Shown here piece after piece: positions 56,716 to 64,000 of a DNA stretch of 64,000 nt. A program made the position numbers and the translations under genes. Position 1 is the stretch's first letter. Each line of letters begins with the position of its first letter. The notes beneath the pieces were generated by a model, which was given only the letters and a program-made list of their open reading frames with translations, made no database searches and was not told the DNA's origin. Location: positions 132,333 to 196,332 of the forward strand of contig CAWBLQ010000012.1 in assembly GCA_963789715.1 (NCBI GenBank), given 5' to 3'. This DNA is from Candidatus Binataceae bacterium (GTDB lineage: Bacteria; Desulfobacterota; Binatia; Binatales; Binataceae).

Positions 56716-58575
56716 TTAGTGATGAAACCTAATGCACTCGACCACGCGCGCGCCGAAATCGGCGAGTTTCTTTTCGCCCATCCCGCGGATGTGACGCAGC
56801 GCTTCCATGCTTGTGGGCCGGACGCTGGCGAGTTCGCGCAGCGTGGCGTCGTGGAGAATGACGAAGGCCGCGACGCCGCGCTCTGCGGCTATTTCGCGCC
56901 TCAGCTTGCGCAGACTCTCGAAGATAGCCTCGTCCACATCGCGCCACGACGCCTCTTCGATTCGGGTTCTTCCAGGTTTGGACTCCTTTGCCTTCAGCAT
57001 ACTGACGGCGCGTTTGCCGCGCATCACTTCCCATGACAGCGCGTTCAGCTTCAGCGCCGGGCGATCGCCGGGCGTGCGCTCCAGCAGGCCCGCATCGACT
57101 AGCTGATAGACCAGGTTGGTCAAGGTCTTGCGCGGCACATCCTTCATGATTCCGTAGGTCGAAAGCTTTGCGTGATCCCATCGCCGGATCCGTTCGCTAA
57201 CAGCGCCGCTCAGCACGTCCACGACGTGCTCGACGCCGAAGCGCTGCTCGACGCGCGCAACGCACGACAGCACCTTCTGCGCGAGCACGGTCGAATCCGC
57301 AACGCCCTCGACTTCGCCCAGGCAAAAGTCGCACGCGCCACAGTTCGCTCCCGGGTAAGTCTCGCCGAAGTATGCCGACAGCGCGGCGTGACGGCATCGA
57401 ACGACCGTGGCGAAGCGGCGCATTTCTTCAAGCAGCCGCTTGCCACTCTCTGCCACTTCAGGAGCGGCCGCCGCTTCCTCGGCGCTTCGCTCCATCAGGC
57501 TGTGCCAGCGAATCACATCGGCCGCCGAGTAGAACAGCACGCACTCCGCGGGCAGGCCGTCGCGGCCCGAGCGGCCCGTCTCCTGCTGGTAGGCCTCGAT
57601 CGATTTCGGGATCGCCGCGTGGATCACGCAGCGGATGTCGCTGCGGTCGATTCCCATCCCGAACGCGACCGTCGCCACCACCACGTCGATTTCCTCGGCG
57701 GCGAAGCGGTCCTGCGTGCGGCGGCGCTCGTCCGCTTCCATCCCGGCATGATAGGCCGCCGCGCGGACACCCTCCGATGCCAGGTACCGGGCTATTTGCT
57801 CGGTGTCTTTCCGACTGATGCTGTAGACGATCGATGCCTCACCCTTATGCCGCCGAATCGTCTCAGCGATTTGCGCGTTCACATCCAGTTTCGGACGGAC
57901 CCGGTAGAGAAGATTCGGGCGATCGAACGATCCGACGAGCACCGCCGAGTTTTCGAGCCCGAGTTGCTCGATGATGTCGCGGCGCACGCGCTCGGTCGCG
58001 GTCGCCGTGTATGCGTGAATGCTCGCTTTCGGAAAGCGCGTCTTCAGCTCGGCGAGCTTGCGATATTCGGGCCGGAAATCGTGCCCCCATTGGCTGATGC
58101 AGTGCGCTTCATCGATCGCGAAGCTGGAAACCTTTAGACGCGCGGCAAGCTCGAGGAATCGCGGCGTGAGCAACCGCTCGGGTGCGACGAATATAAGATG
58201 ATGGCGGCCGGCGGCGAGCTCGCGTTCGACCTGACGAATCTCCGCGGGGTCGACACCGCTATGCAGCGCCGCGGCGGGATAACCGGATGCGCGCAGCGCA
58301 TCGACTTGATCTTTCATCAGCGCGATAAGCGGTGAGACCACGATGTCGGTTCGTCCGGCGACTGCGGGCGGCACCTGGTAGCAGAGCGACTTCCCGCCAC
58401 CGGTCGGCATCACGACCAAAGAGTCGCGCCGCTCGAGTCCGGCCTGGATCGCCTCCAACTGCAGCGGGCGCAAACTCACATAGCCCCAAAAGCGCCGCAA
58501 AACGGCAAGCACCCGGTCAGAGGCGCCCCCGCTCGCGCGATGTGCCTCGTCTCCCGCCTCGACCATCGTCTTCAC
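56716..58575 (-). CDS. recQ: ATP-dependent DNA helicase RecQ
   Basis: MPTGGGKSLCYQ, DEAHCISQWGHDFRPEY, ATVAFGMGID, Zn-binding Cys, RQC and HRDC domains. Confidence 0.95.
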   Translation of the reverse strand: MKTMVEAGDEAHRASGGASDRVLAVLRRFWGYVSLRPLQLEAIQAGLERRDSLVVMPTGGGKSLCYQVPPAVAGRTDIVVSPLIALMKDQVDALRASGYPAAALHSGVDPAEIRQVERELAAGRHHLIFVAPERLLTPRFLELAARLKVSSFAIDEAHCISQWGHDFRPEYRKLAELKTRFPKASIHAYTATATERVRRDIIEQLGLENSAVLVGSFDRPNLLYRVRPKLDVNAQIAETIRRHKGEASIVYSISRKDTEQIARYLASEGVRAAAYHAGMEADERRRTQDRFAAEEIDVVVATVAFGMGIDRSDIRCVIHAAIPKSIEAYQQETGRSGRDGLPAECVLFYSAADVIRWHSLMERSAEEAAAAPEVAESGKRLLEEMRRFATVVRCRHAALSAYFGETYPGANCGACDFCLGEVEGVADSTVLAQKVLSCVARVEQRFGVEHVVDVLSGAVSERIRRWDHAKLSTYGIMKDVPRKTLTNLVYQLVDAGLLERTPGDRPALKLNALSWEVMRGKRAVSMLKAKESKPGRTRIEEASWRDVDEAIFESLRKLRREIAAERGVAAFVILHDATLRELASVRPTSMEALRHIRGMGEKKLADFGARVVECIRFHH

Positions 58576-58929
58576 CGTTTAATCCCCGCCATAACAGGCC
58601 ATTTCCGGACTCATAAGTCTCAACATCACACAAGTCCGGAAAACCAGCCGCTAACGACCCGCGCCAACTTCGAACTGACCATCATCTTACGCCGCAATCA
58701 AGCGCGCTGCTTCGAGAGACGAACGCATTGCAACGAGTAGCTAATCGCGATGTCTCAGTGCGTTAATATAACAGTAGCAACTTGCTAATACGTTAATCAC
58801 TAGTTCCTATTCCATTCTTCAGCCTCAGTTCACCTTTTGTGTAGTTGTCGAAGCTTCGATCTGATTGCATGTCAGAAGGTGGAGTCGTGTTGCAGTCATG
58901 CAAGGCAAGGTGGGGAGGAGGGGTAGGCC

Positions 58930-59724
58930 ATGGATTCAACCAGGTATTACCGAACGATCTGGATATCCGATGTTCATCTCGGAACCCGTGCATGCAAGGC
59001 AGGCGCGTTACTCGATTTTCTTCGCCGCCACATTGCGGAGACTCTCTACCTGGTTGGCGACATAGTCGACGGGTGGAACCTCGGACCTTCATGGTACTGG
59101 AGTGAGGCGCAACAAGAGCTGGTGGATGAGATCGTGCGATGGCGCCGTCGTGGCGCCAACGTGGTGTTCCTGTGGGGAAATCACGATGAGTCCAAGGTCA
59201 GCCTGGTCGAAGGACTGTTCGGCTACATTCCCTCTACCAGTTCCCTAATCCACACCACCGCCAGCGGTGCGAGGATGCTCGTAATCCACGGGCATCAGTT
59301 CGATGGCTCGCTCAATCCAAATCGTCTGCTGCCGATCATCGGACCTTACGCGTACGCGCGTGCGCAGCGGATTCATGACTGGTACAACCGGCGGTCCCCG
59401 GACGAGGGCGACGAAGGCCGCTCACTTTCCGACTACATCCGTTATCCGGCCCGCAAGGCCCTCGAGTTCTTCACCGACTTCCGCGATCGCGCGGTACTGG
59501 CGGCCGCCCGCGACCACAAGGCCGACGGCGTGATCTGCGGACACATACATCGTTCGGAACATCGCCTGATCGGAAGCATCCTGTATGTGAACGACGGCGA
59601 TTGGGTGCAGAACCGGACCGCGGCGGTGGAGGAGCAGGACGGGGCGCTGCGGGTCATCCGATGGAATGGATCGCGCCAGAACATTTCGGTCTCCGAGCCG
59701 AGGTCGGAGGGGGTGAGTCCGTGA
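58930..59724 (+). CDS. Calcineurin-like metallophosphoesterase, UDP-2,3-diacylglucosamine diphosphatase / PlcP-like
   Basis: ISDVHLG, LVGDIVDGW, GNHD, HG..FD, GVICGHIH, Y.NDGDWV. Confidence 0.85.
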   Translation: MDSTRYYRTIWISDVHLGTRACKAGALLDFLRRHIAETLYLVGDIVDGWNLGPSWYWSEAQQELVDEIVRWRRRGANVVFLWGNHDESKVSLVEGLFGYIPSTSSLIHTTASGARMLVIHGHQFDGSLNPNRLLPIIGPYAYARAQRIHDWYNRRSPDEGDEGRSLSDYIRYPARKALEFFTDFRDRAVLAAARDHKADGVICGHIHRSEHRLIGSILYVNDGDWVQNRTAAVEEQDGALRVIRWNGSRQNISVSEPRSEGVSP

Positions 59725-60977
59725 CAACTTTCGGTTTGGAATCGACGAATCATCGAGATGCACAAGTCGACCTGATCTACTTCGACGCAGGCGGTGGACA
59801 CCGCGCGTCGGCAAAAGCCCTCATCTCGGCGGCCGAGCAACAACATCGTGCATGGCAGATCAATCCAATCAACCTGCGCGATCTGCTCGAACCGGCCGAC
59901 GTGATTCTTCGCGTGACTGGGGTTCGCGTGGAGGACTTCTATAACTCGCAGCTCAAATCCGGTCTGACCATCGGCACCGGCCCGCTGCTGCGGATAACCC
60001 AGATGCTGATTCGGCAGCTCGAGCCGGAGATGATCAAGCTACTCGCTGATCACTGGCAGCGCTCGCGGCCGGACCTGGTAGTCTCGATGATCCCCAATTT
60101 CAATCACGCGATTCTGGAAGGCATCCGGCAAGCCGACGCGATGCTGGCGCGAGCCGAAACGCCGATGGTCACGATTCTTACCGACCTGGCCGACTGTCCG
60201 CCGCATTTCTGGATCGAGCGCCAAAGGCAGTACCTGGTCTGCGGCACCGCTGCCGCGGCCGAGCAGGCGATCGCGATGGGACACGCGCCGGAGTGCGTGT
60301 TTCGCACTTCGGGAATGATCGTGCGTCCCGAGTTCTATAGCCAGATGGAGCTGTGCCGCGAAGCCGAGCGAAGCCGGCTCGGGCTGGATCCGAAATTGCC
60401 GACAGGTATCGTGATGTTCGGCAGTTACGGCTCCGCCCAGATGGCGACTATCGCGAGAAGAATCGAAAGCGCCGGGCTGCAGACTCAGCTGATTTTCATT
60501 TGCGGTCACAACGACAAGCTGCGCGAGCATCTCGAAAGCATGAAGCTGTCCTACCCCTTTCATTGCGTCGGCTTCACTCAGGAAATTCCCTTCTTCATGA
60601 AGCTGGCGGATTTTTTTGTCGGCAAGCCGGGTCCCGGCAGCATCAGCGAAGCGCTGGTCATGGGCCTTCCCATAATAGTGGAGCGCAATGTCTGGACGAT
60701 GGTGCAGGAGCGGTTCAACACCGATTGGATCGCGCAAAATCGGCTCGGAATAGTGCTGCCCTCGTTCCGGCAGATCGCCAGCGCGGTCTCGACGATGCTC
60801 GATCGCGAGCAGTTCGTCCGCATCCGCGCCAGCGTGACGGCGTACCGCAACCGTGCGGTGTTTGAGATTCCCGAAATCCTGGAGGCCCTGATTTCCCGCC
60901 ATGTATCCGCAAATTCGGGATTCGAGCACGATTCGACCGCCACGCAATTCCTGCCAGAGATTCAACACGGTACTTGA
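59721..60977 (+). CDS. Monogalactosyl/glucosyl-diacylglycerol synthase-like glycosyltransferase (GT28)
   Basis: DAGGGHRA, TILTD, ICG.N, GF...I...M..AD...GKPG..SISEA; GTGA overlap with the upstream gene. Confidence 0.82.
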   Translation: MTTFGLESTNHRDAQVDLIYFDAGGGHRASAKALISAAEQQHRAWQINPINLRDLLEPADVILRVTGVRVEDFYNSQLKSGLTIGTGPLLRITQMLIRQLEPEMIKLLADHWQRSRPDLVVSMIPNFNHAILEGIRQADAMLARAETPMVTILTDLADCPPHFWIERQRQYLVCGTAAAAEQAIAMGHAPECVFRTSGMIVRPEFYSQMELCREAERSRLGLDPKLPTGIVMFGSYGSAQMATIARRIESAGLQTQLIFICGHNDKLREHLESMKLSYPFHCVGFTQEIPFFMKLADFFVGKPGPGSISEALVMGLPIIVERNVWTMVQERFNTDWIAQNRLGIVLPSFRQIASAVSTMLDREQFVRIRASVTAYRNRAVFEIPEILEALISRHVSANSGFEHDSTATQFLPEIQHGT

Positions 60978-61005
60978 CGATCAGTTCCGCCCCGGCCACC
61001 GCATT

Positions 61006-61782
61006 TTGAAAACTACGCTCCTGGTCGTGTTCTCCCTGGTCGGGAGCGCGATGGTTTGGGGAAGCACGGCTGCATTCGAGAAAGATGAGAAGGGCGCCTT
61101 CGATTTCGGCGCGCTCGAGTTGAAAGTCTTGAGTCCCGACGGCAAGCAGACGATCGGGTCAACGCGTTTCACCGTCTCGCGCGACAACTCAACCGTAGAG
61201 GTCAAGGGCGAGACCAGGTACCTGGACGGCGAGCATGACAATGAATCCGAACGGCTTCACGTCGGAAGCCCTGACTCCACGCCCCGGCTCGACAGTTACG
61301 AGCACTGGTTTTTCAACGCCGACGGCACGCCTTACATGGTCGACAGGCTCGATGCCAAATCCGGGGTCGCCTCATGCACGAGCTATGCGGCGGGCAATAT
61401 AAAGATGCGCACGTCTCGGCTCGAGGTCCCCGCCGATTCTTTCGCTGGCGCATCGGAGCTGATGATGGTAGTCGGCAGCCTTCGGCGGCGGACGCATGAA
61501 ATCAGATTTCACGCGTTCGCATGCGTGCCCGGACCCGAGCTCTTCAGCGTCGCGGCGTCGGTTCCAGACCGATCGCAGCATTGGCTCTTATACCCCGGCG
61601 ATCTCGTCCGGCTCGATATGCGGCCCGACCTCGGAGTGCTGAATCTGTTGCTGGCGCCGTTCATGCCGACGATGGACGCGTGGTTCAATCCCAACGACGG
61701 TTGGAGCTACGTCGGCGGCGAGTTCGACCGCTATTTCTGCGGACCTCACGTGCTGACGGTGCGCGTCTCGCCGCCCGATTGA
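61006..61782 (+). CDS. Exported hypothetical protein
   Basis: Hydrophobic N-terminus after TTG 61006, beta-rich body; follows the GT28 gene. Start uncertain. Confidence 0.6.
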   Translation: MKTTLLVVFSLVGSAMVWGSTAAFEKDEKGAFDFGALELKVLSPDGKQTIGSTRFTVSRDNSTVEVKGETRYLDGEHDNESERLHVGSPDSTPRLDSYEHWFFNADGTPYMVDRLDAKSGVASCTSYAAGNIKMRTSRLEVPADSFAGASELMMVVGSLRRRTHEIRFHAFACVPGPELFSVAASVPDRSQHWLLYPGDLVRLDMRPDLGVLNLLLAPFMPTMDAWFNPNDGWSYVGGEFDRYFCGPHVLTVRVSPPD

Positions 61783-61850
61783 GCGGCGAGACCACGAATC
61801 CTGCAAGGTAGGCCGGCGCTGGTTCAGCTCGCGTGCGTCGGCAGGATTAT

Positions 61851-62354
61851 TCAGCGCGGCTCTTTCTCGCCGCGGTACCTGAGGGACATCTCCGCGACTC
61901 CGGCCGCGACGTTCAAGCCGTTCTGCCCTTCGACCGATACCGGCTGAAGCGCGATCGACTTTTCGAAGCCTCCAACCAGCACGTTTGCGCCCGCACCGAC
62001 CCCCAACGAGACGCTCGCGGTCACGCCGCCGTAGTGCCCGGCCAACGCGCCGGGCTTGAGATCGTTGGTCGTCGCGGCGACCGCCCACAAGATCACCGCT
62101 GACTTTAGATAACCTATGTCCGCGCCGAACTTCGAGACGCTTCCGCTGTAGTACTCGACTCTTCCGCCACTGGCGGAGTATGAGCATCTGAGTTCGCGCG
62201 AAGATCCGAACACGAATCCCCATCCCGAGGCTTCGTGGCAAGTCAGATAGCCCGTCTTGACCGTGTACTTATTCTGGGCGTGCGCCGGCAACGACCAACA
62301 ACTCACGAAGAGAATACTCGTTGCGGCAAGCGCGATGCGAAGTCCTGGTTTCAT
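61851..62354 (-). CDS. DUF992 domain secreted protein
   Basis: G.LTC....GWGFVFGSSR.L.C.Y, GALAG.Y.G......GVGAGANVLVGG....IALQP.SVEGQ.GLNVAAG; SD AGGAG. Confidence 0.88.
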   Translation of the reverse strand: MKPGLRIALAATSILFVSCWSLPAHAQNKYTVKTGYLTCHEASGWGFVFGSSRELRCSYSASGGRVEYYSGSVSKFGADIGYLKSAVILWAVAATTNDLKPGALAGHYGGVTASVSLGVGAGANVLVGGFEKSIALQPVSVEGQNGLNVAAGVAEMSLRYRGEKEPR

Positions 62355-62594
62355 CTCTCTCTCCTGTAGGTAAGGTCGTGGACGATCACTGATCAAGGTC
62401 AGCAAAAAGCAGAGGCGCGGTTGCGCCTCATCGGTTCCAACTCTCCTTGTAGACCGAACCGCCTCTCTCGGCAAGGCTTGGTTGGATTTCGCGGCCCGAT
62501 TCGATGAAGCGATAGCACCTCAACTTGACCTCCAAAGGTTGTTGGGTGACAGATCTGACTCTGTGGTGAGATCACGTGGGAGGCCGAAAGATCA

Positions 62595-63512
62595 ATGAGC
62601 AATGAAATCGCACCCGCCAAACTCCGCGCTAAGTCTCAGATGCTGACGACTTCAAAAGAGTTCCTTCAGCAGGTGTTTCGCGATTTCTCCAAGGACGAAT
62701 GTCCCTCGATGGCGGCGGCTTTGGCCTACGCGACGCTGTTCTCGCTGCCCTCTCTCCTGCTGATCGTCATTTACATTGCAGGCCTCGTGCTGGGTCCGCA
62801 GGCCGCCAGCGGCCAAATCGAATCGAAGCTCAGCGGTGCGATGGGCACGCAGGCGGCCGCGCAAATCCAGACCATGGTGAGCAACGTGGCTCAGAACCAT
62901 GCCGGTGGATTGATCGCGACCGCGTTGGGATTTGCCGGCCTGATCCTTTCGGCGACCAGCGTGCTGCTGCAACTTCAGCAGTGTCTCAACAAGGCGTGGA
63001 AAGTAAGGGTGGTTGGTTCCGGCCTGAGAAATTTCGCGATGAAACGCCTCCGCTCAATTCTTCTGCTGATTGGAGCCGGGATCCTCGCGATGGTCTCGGT
63101 GGCGGCAAGCTCCGCGATTTCGGTGCTCGCGCACATGATACCTTTCCCCGGCGCCGCGCACGCCGGCGAGATGGTCACGTCACTGGCAATGTTCGCGGTA
63201 GTTTTCGCGGCGATACTGAAGGTCATGCCCGACGTCCAACTGCGCTGGAGCGACGTATGGGTGGGCGGCCTGTTCATCGCGGTGTTGTTTGTAGTTGGAA
63301 AATTTCTGATCGGCATCTACCTGGGTCACGCGGGCAAGGCCAGCGCCTACGGAGCCGCCGGCTCGCTGGCTGTGATCCTCTTGTGGACCTACTACTCCGC
63401 GCTGATCTTCCTGCTGGGAGTCGAATTCACTCAGGTCTGGGTACGCCGGCAGGGCCAGGAAGCGCCCCCAAAACAAGGCGCCGCCCGCCTGGAGCCGCTG
63501 GCTGAAAGCTAG
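62595..63512 (+). CDS. YihY/virulence factor BrkB family membrane protein
   Basis: AAALAY.TLFSL, LNKAW, YGAAGSL...LLW.YYS..I.LLG.EF. Confidence 0.9.
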   Translation: MSNEIAPAKLRAKSQMLTTSKEFLQQVFRDFSKDECPSMAAALAYATLFSLPSLLLIVIYIAGLVLGPQAASGQIESKLSGAMGTQAAAQIQTMVSNVAQNHAGGLIATALGFAGLILSATSVLLQLQQCLNKAWKVRVVGSGLRNFAMKRLRSILLLIGAGILAMVSVAASSAISVLAHMIPFPGAAHAGEMVTSLAMFAVVFAAILKVMPDVQLRWSDVWVGGLFIAVLFVVGKFLIGIYLGHAGKASAYGAAGSLAVILLWTYYSALIFLLGVEFTQVWVRRQGQEAPPKQGAARLEPLAES

Positions 63513-63535
63513 CGGACCATCCGCAGCTCCGGGCG

Positions 63536-64000
63536 CTACCTCAGATCGCGGCCGGTGTAGCCGAGGATCGAGCGCGCGATGATCAGGCGCTGGATTTCGC
63601 CGGCGCCCTCATAGATGTCGAAGATGCGACCGTCCCGGAAGCATCGATCCAGCGGATGGTCTTCCGCGAGCGCCTCCGGCCCGAGCAACTCGATGCATCC
63701 CTGGGTAATCTTTCTGGCGGCCTTGCCGCCCGCCGCTTTCGCGATCGACGCTTCCACTTTCGGCGGTACGTCCTGCTGCTCAAGCCACTTGGATCGCAGC
63801 ACCGTCAGCAACGCGGCTTCGTAGATGGCCTCCAGCCGGATGAAACGATCCACGACTGCGGAGCGGCTTCGCATACCGCCGCGGTAGCTGACTTCGATTC
63901 CGCGCTCCGCGAGCTTTTCGCGCGTGAAATCCAGCGCCGCGCGCGCGACGCCCAGCGCCATCGCGCCGACCATCGGCCGCGAGTCGTTGAACACCGACAT
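63536..64000 (-). CDS. Acyl-CoA dehydrogenase, C-terminal part (5' end outside window)
   Basis: RP.VGAMALG.ARAA, EASIAKA, FRD.RIFDIYEG..EIQRLIIAR. Confidence 0.9.
   Translation of the reverse strand: MSVFNDSRPMVGAMALGVARAALDFTREKLAERGIEVSYRGGMRSRSAVVDRFIRLEAIYEAALLTVLRSKWLEQQDVPPKVEASIAKAAGGKAARKITQGCIELLGPEALAEDHPLDRCFRDGRIFDIYEGAGEIQRLIIARSILGYTGRDLR

Noticed and set aside
1-64000. tRNA, rRNA, prophage or integrase genes
   Set aside because: No cloverleaf or rRNA signatures and no phage or integrase motifs were recognised by eye. A tRNAscan/Infernal run would be needed to exclude small RNAs.

Overview
High-GC bacterial chromosomal window, densely coding. A soil Candidatus Binatia/Binatus-like organism is plausible from the gene content, but this is inference only. 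From left to right: (1) a cobamide finishing/salvage region (tpx, bluB, cobT, cobS, cobU, cobalamin riboswitch, btuB). The cobS-cobU gap holds a cluster of REP-like hairpins, a polar 33-bp tandem array and a 1641-bp IS1595-family element with a passenger gene. This element has 15-bp inverted flanks instead of a direct target duplication. (2) glnE, a lytic transglycosylase, pip, a TetR operon with visible operators, aroA and a Rieske oxygenase. (3) A DUF2946/CruR-like CxxC...RAPP leader ORF ahead of a TonB-dependent receptor-exbB-exbD-tonB operon. (4) An argE-like gene, ppk1 and a lower-GC glycosylation/methylation island. (5) A fused acyl-CoA carboxylase, two convergent transglutaminase-like genes with a C26 gamma-glutamyl hydrolase, and an L,D-transpeptidase. 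(6) A catabolic cluster (HpaB-family, ALDH, class II aldolase, PfkB kinase, dienelactone hydrolase). (7) A phosphate-themed region (phosphoesterase, multicopper oxidase, Pit, USP, sthA, recQ, PlcP/LpxH-like plus MGDG-synthase-like GT). Three genes carry single frameshifts that may be sequencing errors. No rRNA, tRNA or CRISPR array was seen. All product calls come from motifs recognised by eye, not from database searches.
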